Shown: one piece after another, positions 17,476 to 25,389 of the stretch
Layout: every line of letters starts with the position of its first letter
Position numbering within the stretch: the stretch's first letter is position 1
Assembly: GCA_043738925.1 (NCBI GenBank)
Contig: JAYUFA010000138.1
Span: 1-41,664, forward strand
Source of the DNA: Actinomycetota bacterium
GTDB lineage: Bacteria; Actinomycetota; Acidimicrobiia; Acidimicrobiales; WLNW01
DNA length: 41,664 bases
Reading direction: 5' to 3'
Translations under genes and position numbers: made by a program
The notes under the pieces: model-generated
Told to the model about the DNA's origin: nothing
The model's database searches: none
Seen by the model: the letters and a program-made list of their open reading frames with translations, nothing else

Positions 17476-17652
17476 ATGCTCGTGCCTTGCTTCTCCTTCT
17501 CTCCGTTCCGTACTCGCTCCGATCGAGGTGCCTCGCTCGTCGAGTACGCCTTGCTCATGGCGCTGATCGCACTGGCCTGTTTCGCGGCTCTGCGCTTCTT
17601 CGGAACCAGCATGAGCAGCCGGTATTCCATCTCCGCCAGCAGTATCGGCTGA
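17476..17652 (+). CDS. flp: divergent Flp family pilin, copy 3 (58 aa)
   Basis: Track ORF trimmed to ATG 17476, with GGGAG upstream. MLVPCFSFSPFRTRSDRG/ASLVEYALLMALIALACFAALRFFGTSMSSRYSISASSIG has the same G/ASLVEY motif but a different leader and tail. Confidence 0.8.
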   Translation: MLVPCFSFSPFRTRSDRGASLVEYALLMALIALACFAALRFFGTSMSSRYSISASSIG

Positions 17653-17684
17653 CGAGCGCGGCGTCAGCCGCGAGACCATTGACA

Positions 17685-17711
17685 CGATCTCGAACCTCTG
17701 ATTCGAGATCG
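17685..17711. terminator. hairpin between convergent flp3 and histidine kinase (possible bidirectional terminator)
   Basis: 10-bp stem cgatctcgaa / ttcgagatcg with a 7-nt loop, in the 64-nt gap between two convergent stop codons. Confidence 0.45.
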
Positions 17712-17716
17712 AAATG

Positions 17717-19561
17717 TCAATCCGTGCGGGCTCGCAGCACACAGCGCACCGAGGTGCCCTTGCCGGTGCCGCTCGTGATGTCAAGCGTGGCGCCGATGCT
17801 CGACGCTCGCTCGCGCATGCCGATCATGCCGTAGGAGTCAAGGCGACCGACTCGACCTTGTGGGAACCCTTCGCCGTCGTCGGCGACCTCGAGCGAGGCG
17901 TTGCGTCCGTCGCACTGCCATCTGATCTCGACGTGACGCGCCTTCGAGTGCCGTTCGACATTGACGAGCGCTTCCTGCGCGATGCGCCACATCTCGCGTT
18001 CTTGCAGGATGGGCAAGCGCGGCCCGGGGTCGGCGAAGAACGAGAAGTGTGTGGTCGTGCGTTCGCGTAGCCGCTGCACGAACGCCTCGATCGTCTTTGC
18101 GATGTCACTGGCCTCAGACACGTCGGTGCGCAGGTCATACAGCGTGTCGCGCACTTCTCCGATGACGCCGCGCACATCATTGCGAAGCTGCATGAGCGCG
18201 GGGCCGACGACATCGCCCTTCGCGTCGCGCGCAACGATGCGGTCAAGTTCGAACGCCAAGTAGGCGAGCGATTGGCCGATGCGGTCGTGCAAGTCGCGGG
18301 CAATGCGTGTGCGTTCTTCGTCGGCGCCAACCGTGCGGAGTCGACTGAACCAGCGAGCGTTGTCGATCGCCAGGGCAACGGGTTCGACGAAGCCGTTCAG
18401 CATTTCGAGGTCGCGGCGAGAGAAGTGGTTGGGAAGTCGGTGCTCGATCGCGAGAAGACCGATGACCGCGCCGCGCGCGGCGAGAACGGTGTAGATGCCG
18501 CACCCCGCGTTCGGCGACAAGCCAGTTGCCCCATCGGTGGTGAGATCAGCTACCTCGACGAGTTGGTTGCGGGCCAGAGCGCGCTTCAACGCTGAAGGCA
18601 ACTCGGTCGGGCCGAGCCGCGAGGGCATGGTCACACCTTCGCGTCGCAACACTTGCCAATGAGCGTCGGTGTCGTCGAACAGCAAGATGGCAACGGTGGT
18701 GAAGTCGACCAGGCCGCGCAGACGCGCGATCGTCGTGTCGAGCACCTCGTTCATGTCGAGCGATGCAGGCAACGACTGCGCGACGCGGTGCAGCGAGAAG
18801 AGCAGCGCGTTGGCATCGGAGAGTCGCGTCAAGCGATCGAGCGCAAGCGAACGTTGACGATCGGCTTCGCCGGAAATGCGGCGGGTGTACCCGGCGATCA
18901 CCGCAACCAGCAGCATGATGACCGTCCATTGGACGGTGACCTTGATCTCGCTTTCGCCGTAGTTCGGCTGCAACGCGAATGGGATGCCGATCGCGAGCGA
19001 CGCAGCAACCCCTACGCGCAGCGCAAACGCATATCCGCGTGCGAATCCCGCGACGATGACCGACGTGGCAAGCGAGAAGACGAAGGGGGAGGCCCAGTAG
19101 CCGGTCGCGGTCACCGCGGCAACGAGGATCGCGACCTCGGCGAGCACTACCGTGAGGCTCTGGATGTTGCCGAGGTAGCGCACCGGGTTGAGCGTGCGGA
19201 ATACGGTGTGCAATACGATGACCATGCACCACCCGACGACCCACCAGTCCGCGGCCGCGAACGCCTGGCCGGCGAGCGCGATCGACACCATGGTCGTTCC
19301 CCACCGGATTGCCAACAGCGCTGGGCCGAACGGGCGCACACGGTCGACCTGATCGAGGATGGCGAGCACGTCATCGCCGTCATAGCCGTCGCTGGCCCGT
19401 CCGATACGCGCAAGCGGTTGCAGCCATGACGAGCGTCGGTGCGCGGGCCCGTACGCTCCAGGCAGCATCGATGTGGCGTCGCGGCGATGCTCGGATGGGG
19501 TCAGCGTGTCGATCGGTCCTGCACCTCGATGGAAACTGCCTGCACGTGCGCGGCACTTCAT
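17717..19561 (-). CDS. membrane-bound GAF-domain sensor histidine kinase (HisKA_3/NarX-type)
   Basis: About 6 N-terminal TM segments, a GAF-like region (LVDFTTVAILLFDD...GLLAIEH), an H-box RIARDLHDRIGQSLAYLAFELD and an HATPase domain (EALVNVERHSKA..., EVADDGEGF, GMIGMRERA...GTSV). The start is uncertain; internal Met and Val codons are possible. Confidence 0.9.
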   Translation of the reverse strand: MKCRARAGSFHRGAGPIDTLTPSEHRRDATSMLPGAYGPAHRRSSWLQPLARIGRASDGYDGDDVLAILDQVDRVRPFGPALLAIRWGTTMVSIALAGQAFAAADWWVVGWCMVIVLHTVFRTLNPVRYLGNIQSLTVVLAEVAILVAAVTATGYWASPFVFSLATSVIVAGFARGYAFALRVGVAASLAIGIPFALQPNYGESEIKVTVQWTVIMLLVAVIAGYTRRISGEADRQRSLALDRLTRLSDANALLFSLHRVAQSLPASLDMNEVLDTTIARLRGLVDFTTVAILLFDDTDAHWQVLRREGVTMPSRLGPTELPSALKRALARNQLVEVADLTTDGATGLSPNAGCGIYTVLAARGAVIGLLAIEHRLPNHFSRRDLEMLNGFVEPVALAIDNARWFSRLRTVGADEERTRIARDLHDRIGQSLAYLAFELDRIVARDAKGDVVGPALMQLRNDVRGVIGEVRDTLYDLRTDVSEASDIAKTIEAFVQRLRERTTTHFSFFADPGPRLPILQEREMWRIAQEALVNVERHSKARHVEIRWQCDGRNASLEVADDGEGFPQGRVGRLDSYGMIGMRERASSIGATLDITSGTGKGTSVRCVLRARTD

Positions 19562-19684
19562 CTATCGGCAGTCCCGGTCCCGATCTGATCGCGACTGATG
19601 CATTTGGCCCGGGTCGATCGGCCTGGTGGGTGCGGATCCGCCACGGCGCCTTGATGCGTCTCATCCGGGCGGAAGACCGATACT

Positions 19685-20368
19685 GTGCGCCAGAACGCCT
19701 ATGAGTACGAACCCTTTCTCCTCGTGATCGAAATTGGGCTCACCGGGGGAATCGGCTCTGGCAAATCGACCGTCGCGCGGGCGCTCGTAGCGCGTGGCGC
19801 CACGCTGATCGACGCTGACGCTGTCGTACGAGATGTGCAGGCGCCGGGATCACCTGTTCTCGTGGACATGGTCGAAGCGTTTGGTGACCACATCCTCCAG
19901 GCAGACGGCAGCCTCGATCGCGCCAAGGTCGCGGGTGTCGTGTTCGGTGACGCAGCGATGCTCGCGCGGTTGAACGACATCGTTCATCCTGCGGTAATCA
20001 ATGAGATGACACGGCGCCGTACGTTGCTGGCAGATTCGGACGCGACTGTATTGCTCGATGTACCGCTGCTCATCGAGACAGGTTTCGAGCATCTCGGCGG
20101 CATCATCGTGGTCGATGTTGACCTTGAGACGGCTGTGGAACGTCTTGTCGAGCAGCGCGGTTTCACGGGTGACGACGCGCGAGCGCGAATCGCCATGCAG
20201 ATGAGTCGCGAGGAGCGCGTCGCCCACGCAGACTTCATCGTCGACAATGGTGGCGATCTCGACGCGCTCGACGCCCAGATCGAGGCCTGCTGGGAATGGA
20301 TCATGTCGTTGCCCCGTCCCAAACCGGGAGGCCCCGTGGTGCCCATTCGTCGTAGAGGAGAGAACTGA
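19685..20368 (+). CDS. coaE: dephospho-CoA kinase
   Basis: P-loop IGLTGGIGSGKSTVA, then IDADAVVRDVQAPGSP and HPAV. The start may be GTG 19724 rather than GTG 19685. Confidence 0.9.
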   Translation: MRQNAYEYEPFLLVIEIGLTGGIGSGKSTVARALVARGATLIDADAVVRDVQAPGSPVLVDMVEAFGDHILQADGSLDRAKVAGVVFGDAAMLARLNDIVHPAVINEMTRRRTLLADSDATVLLDVPLLIETGFEHLGGIIVVDVDLETAVERLVEQRGFTGDDARARIAMQMSREERVAHADFIVDNGGDLDALDAQIEACWEWIMSLPRPKPGGPVVPIRRRGEN

Positions 20369-20370
20369 CA

Positions 20371-21405
20371 ATGGCACGCACGCTCATTGATCGCACCGAT
20401 GTTGCCGGCCTGCTCGACCCACGCGAGGTCGGTGGCCTACTGCGCATGAGCAGCTTTGATTGTGTCGTGCCGCTCACGCCCGATGATCAGCGTGCGGTCG
20501 CGTCGATCACGGCGTCGGCCCTGTCGTCGCTCGGTTTGAATCGGTCCGATCGGGTCGTGGTTGCTGCGAGCAGCGACGCTGCTCCGCTCGCGGAGGCCGC
20601 GTCGCTGGTGTCGTCCGCGGTGGCGCACGTCGAACCGCAGGGGCGTGTCCGGCTGCTGCGCACGATGCATTTGCTCGGTTGCACGGTGCTCGCCATGACC
20701 CCGTGCGGTGCCGAGCACCTCGTCGAGCGTGCGCAGGATCTCGGCTACGCGCTCGATCGCTTCGGTATACGTCTGCTCCTCGCGATCGGCGAGATTCCGA
20801 GCGACGGTGCGCTCGATCGCCTCGCGGCGGCGTTTGGCGCCGATGTCGCCGAGGTGCACATCGATCCAGCCACTGGTGCAGCCGTTGCCTCCACGCCGCG
20901 AGGTGAGTGCACGCAGGTGCATGTCGGCGCGCAGTACTCGCTCGAACCCCTTGGCGATACGGGCTGCTATGAGGTCGTCGTTGCGCCGTCGTGGACATCG
21001 GCGCTCTACGACCAACCGGTGCGCACCGGCATGGTGACCACCTCGCTCGACGGGCCGCCCCGGCACACGATCGGCTCGCACGTGCTCGTACGTGGGCGCT
21101 GGGTCCCAATGCATCTGTTCGACGAGGTTCTGCGAGCGCACCCCGAGGTGATCTCCTGGCGCTTGCGGGTCAGCCGACCGGGCTTGCTCGACCACGCAGT
21201 CGTCGAGATCGTGTGTGACAACGCCGAGCACGCTACCGGCGCCGCGGTGCACGATCGGCTCTCGCGATCCGCTGCGTCGATCACCCCCATAGCCTTCGAC
21301 GTCATCCTGCGCGGGCCGGACAGGGGCGAATTCGCGTCGATGCTCGACGACAATCGAGGGCATCACCTGGGTCTCGACCGAGCTGCCTTCACCGGCCTGC
21401 CCTGA
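20371..21405 (+). CDS. hypothetical protein with phenylacetate-CoA ligase (PaaK)/ANL-like layout but degenerate catalytic motifs
   Basis: Starts 2 nt after the coaE stop and has high GC3. The block order resembles PaaK: RVVVAASSDAAPL sits where SSGTTGKP is expected, then GCTVLAMTPCGAEHLVERAQDLG, IRLLLAIGEIPS, YEVVVAPSW, VRTGM and VLVRGRWVPMHLFDEVLRAHPEV. The opposite-strand 356-aa ORF is Arg-rich and was rejected. The CDS itself is confident; the function is not. Confidence 0.6.
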   Translation: MARTLIDRTDVAGLLDPREVGGLLRMSSFDCVVPLTPDDQRAVASITASALSSLGLNRSDRVVVAASSDAAPLAEAASLVSSAVAHVEPQGRVRLLRTMHLLGCTVLAMTPCGAEHLVERAQDLGYALDRFGIRLLLAIGEIPSDGALDRLAAAFGADVAEVHIDPATGAAVASTPRGECTQVHVGAQYSLEPLGDTGCYEVVVAPSWTSALYDQPVRTGMVTTSLDGPPRHTIGSHVLVRGRWVPMHLFDEVLRAHPEVISWRLRVSRPGLLDHAVVEIVCDNAEHATGAAVHDRLSRSAASITPIAFDVILRGPDRGEFASMLDDNRGHHLGLDRAAFTGLP

Positions 21406-21420
21406 CCACTCGTCCTTCGA

Positions 21421-21442
21421 TGTCACAGGGGGTGGGTAGCAT
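21421..21442 (+). promoter_or_regulatory. RecA-NDp-like (PafBC-type) DNA-damage promoter upstream of uvrB
   Basis: TGTCAcag-N8-TAGCAT matches the spacing of the mycobacterial tTGTCRgtg-N8-TAnnnT motif (recalled from memory). The -10 hexamer ends 6 nt before the uvrB GTG, implying a leaderless mRNA. Confidence 0.4.
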
Positions 21443-21448
21443 CGCGGG

Positions 21449-23527
21449 GTGCCATGGAAGAAGTATTCGCGCCCACCTCTACCGAACGCCGGCGATCGAC
21501 CGTTCAAGGTCGTTTCTGATTTCGCTCCCGCCGGCGATCAGCCCAAGGCCATTGCAGCGCTCGCCGATGGCCTCTGGTGTGGCAATCGATTCCAAACGCT
21601 GTTGGGCATCACCGGATCGGGCAAGAGCGCCACGATCGCGTGGACCATCGAGCAGGTGCAAAAGCCCACGCTGGTGCTCGCACCGAACAAGTCGCTCGCT
21701 GCGCAGCTGGCCAATGAGCTGCGTGAGTTCTTCCCCGAAAATCGCGTCGAGTACTTCGTGTCCTACTACGACTATTACCAACCCGAGGCCTACATGGCCG
21801 CAACCGACACGTACATCGAAAAGGACAGCTCCGTCAACGACGAGATCGACCGCCTTCGCCACGCGGCCACCTCCGCGTTGCTCACGCGGCGCGACACCAT
21901 CATCGTCGCGTCGGTGTCTTGTATCTACGGTCTCGGCTCGCCCATCGAGTACGAGGGTCAGCTGCTGGTGCTGAAGAAGGGCGAGGTGCGCGATCAGCGC
22001 AGCATTCTTCGCCAACTGGTTGACATGCAGTACGAACGCAACGACATGAACCTCGTGCGCGGCAAGTTCCGGGTGCGCGGTGATGTCCTCGAAGTGCATC
22101 CGGCGTACGACCAGCGCGTTGTGCGCATCTCGTTGTTCGGCGACGAGATCGAAGAAATCGTCATGGTTGATCCCCTCACGGGCGAGCGCTTCCAGTCACT
22201 CGATGAGTTGGTCGTGTTCCCGGCCACGCACTACGTGGCGGGGGAGGAGCGCATGCGTTCGGCGATGGTGCGTATCGAGGCCGAGCTGCGCGATCGGCTG
22301 CACCAGTTCGAGTCCGAGGGCAAGCTTCTCGAGGCGCAGCGGTTGCGGATGCGCACGCAATACGACCTGGAGATGATGAGCGAGGTCGGCTTCTGCAACG
22401 GCATCGAGAACTATTCGGCACCCATCGACGGTCGTGAACCCACCGAGCCGCCCTTCACGCTCATCGATTATTTTCCCGACGATTTTCTCGTGGTCCTCGA
22501 TGAATCGCACGTGAGCGTGCCGCAGCTGCACGGCCAATACGAGGGTGATCGCAGCCGCAAGCTCAGCCTCATCGAACACGGCTTTCGACTGCCCTCGGCC
22601 GGCGACAACCGTCCACTGCGGTTCGACGAGTTCATCGATCGCATCAACCAATGCGTGTTCCTCTCGGCCACGCCCGGCCCGTACGAGCTCGAGGTCAGCC
22701 AGCAGATCGTCGAGCAGATCGTTCGGCCCACCGGCCTCATTGATCCCGAGATCGTCGTGCGGCCGACCAAGGGCCAGATCGACGACCTGCTCGAAGAGAT
22801 CACCCAGCGCGTCAGTGCCGAACAGCGGGTGCTCGTCACCACCCTCACGAAGAAAATGGCTGAGGATCTCACCGACTACTTCCTCGAGCTTGGCGTGCGG
22901 GTGCGCTATCTCCACAGCGAGGTCGACACGATCCAGCGCATCGAGATCCTGCGCGACTTGCGCCTCGGCGAGTTCGACGTTCTCGTCGGCATCAACCTTC
23001 TTCGTGAGGGCCTCGATCTGCCCGAGGTGTCACTGGTGGCCATTCTCGATGCCGACAAGGAAGGGTTCCTGCGCAGCCAAACGTCACTGATCCAAACGAT
23101 TGGTCGCGCCGCGCGAAACGTCGATGGCAAGGTCATCATGTACGCGGACAAGGTCACCGACTCCATGCAGCGAGCCATCAACGAGACCATGCGGCGCCGT
23201 GGCGTGCAAGAGGCGTACAACATCGAGCACGGCATCAACCCCCAGACCATTCGCAAGGCGGTAACCGACATTTTGTCGCTGATTCGTCCCAACGAGTCGG
23301 CGCCGATGCCAGGGAAGGATCGTCGTTCGCGCATGCGTGACGATCGGCGCAAGCCCACGGGCACGGTCGCTCTGCACGAATTGCCGAGCGACGAGCTCGA
23401 GCGTCTGATCCGTACGCTTGAGGAGGAAATGCACGAGGCGTCCGCCGACCTTCGGTTCGAATACGCAGCACGTATCCGTGACGAGATCAACGACCTCAAA
23501 CGCGAGCTCAAGGACATCCGCGCCTAA
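21449..23527 (+). CDS. uvrB: excinuclease ABC subunit B
   Basis: [17 protein letters not shown], Walker [17 protein letters not shown] box, helicase motifs and a C-terminal UVR domain ([20 protein letters not shown]). Confidence 0.97.
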   Translation: MPWKKYSRPPLPNAGDRPFKVVSDFAPAGDQPKAIAALADGLWCGNRFQTLLGITGSGKSATIAWTIEQVQKPTLVLAPNKSLAAQLANELREFFPENRVEYFVSYYDYYQPEAYMAATDTYIEKDSSVNDEIDRLRHAATSALLTRRDTIIVASVSCIYGLGSPIEYEGQLLVLKKGEVRDQRSILRQLVDMQYERNDMNLVRGKFRVRGDVLEVHPAYDQRVVRISLFGDEIEEIVMVDPLTGERFQSLDELVVFPATHYVAGEERMRSAMVRIEAELRDRLHQFESEGKLLEAQRLRMRTQYDLEMMSEVGFCNGIENYSAPIDGREPTEPPFTLIDYFPDDFLVVLDESHVSVPQLHGQYEGDRSRKLSLIEHGFRLPSAGDNRPLRFDEFIDRINQCVFLSATPGPYELEVSQQIVEQIVRPTGLIDPEIVVRPTKGQIDDLLEEITQRVSAEQRVLVTTLTKKMAEDLTDYFLELGVRVRYLHSEVDTIQRIEILRDLRLGEFDVLVGINLLREGLDLPEVSLVAILDADKEGFLRSQTSLIQTIGRAARNVDGKVIMYADKVTDSMQRAINETMRRRGVQEAYNIEHGINPQTIRKAVTDILSLIRPNESAPMPGKDRRSRMRDDRRKPTGTVALHELPSDELERLIRTLEEEMHEASADLRFEYAARIRDEINDLKRELKDIRA

Positions 23528-23577
23528 GCACTCAGCGCGAGTTCTCAAGGACGCTGCCGCAACGCCGATGAGCAAGA

Positions 23578-25389
23578 GTGGCGCTCACCCGAACGCGGAA
23601 CGTTGATCGTGGGACGAGCGCGGTAGCCGAAAAGGCCGTCACCGGCGGTGTTGACGTCAACGCGAATGCGATCGCATCGACTACGGCCGCTGTCGAGGCC
23701 CCTCTCGGCACGCGTCTGAAGCCGATCCCTGCCCTGCTGCTCGTGCTCGCGGTGGTGACGTACCTCGTGTCGGGCCTTTGGCAGGCGGCCCATGACTCGC
23801 CGACGGTCGACGAGGTCATCGACATCAGCTCGGGCACCGCGACGCTCGTGCATCACGACCTCCGGATGAACCCCGAGCACGCGTTCTTGCCGAAGGTTGT
23901 CAGCGCATTTCCTGCGCTGTTGGCTCATCCTGTCGTGCCGCGTGGCGACTCGTGGCGATCGGGTGATTGGTTCGGCTATGCCGACGATTTCGTGCGCGCC
24001 AACCGGGCGGCGGGAACCCTCGACCGCGTCGTATTGTTGGCGCGACTCGCCCCACTGGCGGAGGGCCTCGCTTGCGCGTGGCTGATCCTCCTCTTGGGCC
24101 GACGCATGTACGGCGCGACCGCTGGCGCTGCAGGCGCGGCCATGTGGCTGAGCACACCCGTTGTCGTAGGCCTGTCGCACTTCGCCGGTGTTGACATCGC
24201 GTTCGCACTCGCCACTCTCGTTGTCGCCTACAGATTGCTGATGTTCGTTGACGTTCCCGGTCGCTCGAACGCCGTTGCGCTGGGCGCGTGCTGCGCCGCG
24301 GCGTTGCTCACCCGCCACAGTGCACTCAGCTTGTGGGCCTACGCGACCGTGGCTGTCGTGGCGGTTGTCTGGCGCACCGATCGGCGCGCCGCGTTGCGAT
24401 GTGGCGCAACGGTCGTGCTGGTGGGGTTCGCAGGGGTATGGATCGCGACGCGTGCGATCGCACCCACCGGTCCGAGCCCGGAGTTTGCAGCCCGATCGTC
24501 GGCGCTCGTCGCCGATGCGTCGGCGCGATCGGTGGTCGCGCGAGCATCGCTGGCTGTGCCGTTTCCCACCGAGTATCGCGCCGGTCTTGCCTATCTCGTC
24601 GTGACGTCTGTCGATCGACCGGCGTATCTGTTCGGCCATGCGTGGAACGGCAGTCGCATCTGGTACTTCCCCGGTGTGCTCATGGCGAAGGTGCCGTCTG
24701 GCGTGCTCGCGGCGATGGCACTCACCCCCTTTGGGCTGCTTCGGCTCGGGCGCAGCAAGCGGCGACGCGTCGCCTTCGCTCTGGTCGGTCCGATGTTCGT
24801 GTCGTCGGCCTTTGTCGTTGCGCAGCCGCTGAACCTCGGGGTGCGCTACGTGATGCCGTCATTGGCACTGCTGTTTGTCGGCGTCGGGGCGGTGATCGCC
24901 CGCGCCGTGTCGCGTCCGCAACGAACTTTGGTTGCCGTCGTCGCGTGCGTGCAGGTCGCGGCAATGATCGGCGCGGGCGCGCATGCGTTGGCGTGGACCG
25001 CTCCGCCGTTTCACCCGGCGTACCAGTGGGTGAGTGATTCGAACCTCGACTACGGCCAGGAGAACGGTCGCGTGGAGACCTGGGCACGCCAGCATCCGCA
25101 AGCTTGGGTGACCTTGCTTCGTCCGCGGGGCTACGACATCCCCGCGGGCACTCGTGAGCTGCGTGATGCAGACCCGTCGCAAGTGAGCGGCTGGATAGCG
25201 GTGAGCGCGACCCGCCTGACGGCGCTCGATCGCGGTCAGTTGTCGTGGCTACGTGCCTATTGCCCCGTAGGTGATCTCGGCGGCAGCGTGCTGCTCTACC
25301 GACTGGCGAGCGCTCCCGACACGGCGTCCGGGCCCGCGATGCCAGCCGCGCCTTGCGCGGCGGGGGCCGACTTCTCGACACGCGCCTGA
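23578..25389 (+). CDS. GT-C fold glycosyltransferase, GT39/ArnT/PMT-like (polyprenyl-phosphate-sugar dependent)
   Basis: GTG start 50 nt after uvrB. After TM1 the first loop is HDSPTVDEVIDISSGTATLVHHDLRMNPEHAFLPK. This is the DE...RxNPEHPPLxK signature of ArnT/PMT-like enzymes as I recall it. About 10 further TM segments and a C-terminal soluble domain follow. Confidence 0.8.
   Translation: MALTRTRNVDRGTSAVAEKAVTGGVDVNANAIASTTAAVEAPLGTRLKPIPALLLVLAVVTYLVSGLWQAAHDSPTVDEVIDISSGTATLVHHDLRMNPEHAFLPKVVSAFPALLAHPVVPRGDSWRSGDWFGYADDFVRANRAAGTLDRVVLLARLAPLAEGLACAWLILLLGRRMYGATAGAAGAAMWLSTPVVVGLSHFAGVDIAFALATLVVAYRLLMFVDVPGRSNAVALGACCAAALLTRHSALSLWAYATVAVVAVVWRTDRRAALRCGATVVLVGFAGVWIATRAIAPTGPSPEFAARSSALVADASARSVVARASLAVPFPTEYRAGLAYLVVTSVDRPAYLFGHAWNGSRIWYFPGVLMAKVPSGVLAAMALTPFGLLRLGRSKRRRVAFALVGPMFVSSAFVVAQPLNLGVRYVMPSLALLFVGVGAVIARAVSRPQRTLVAVVACVQVAAMIGAGAHALAWTAPPFHPAYQWVSDSNLDYGQENGRVETWARQHPQAWVTLLRPRGYDIPAGTRELRDADPSQVSGWIAVSATRLTALDRGQLSWLRAYCPVGDLGGSVLLYRLASAPDTASGPAMPAAPCAAGADFSTRA

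Noticed and set aside
20437-21507. 356-aa ORF antisense to the PaaK-like gene
   Set aside because: It is Arg-rich and low in complexity. Codon third-position GC and the tight coupling to coaE favour the + strand ORF.
23545-24639. 364-aa ORF antisense to the GT39-like gene, with similar antisense ORFs at 30636..31673 (opposite uvrA) and 33806..34858 (opposite GT2)
   Set aside because: Same antisense artefact pattern. The sense frames carry diagnostic motifs.
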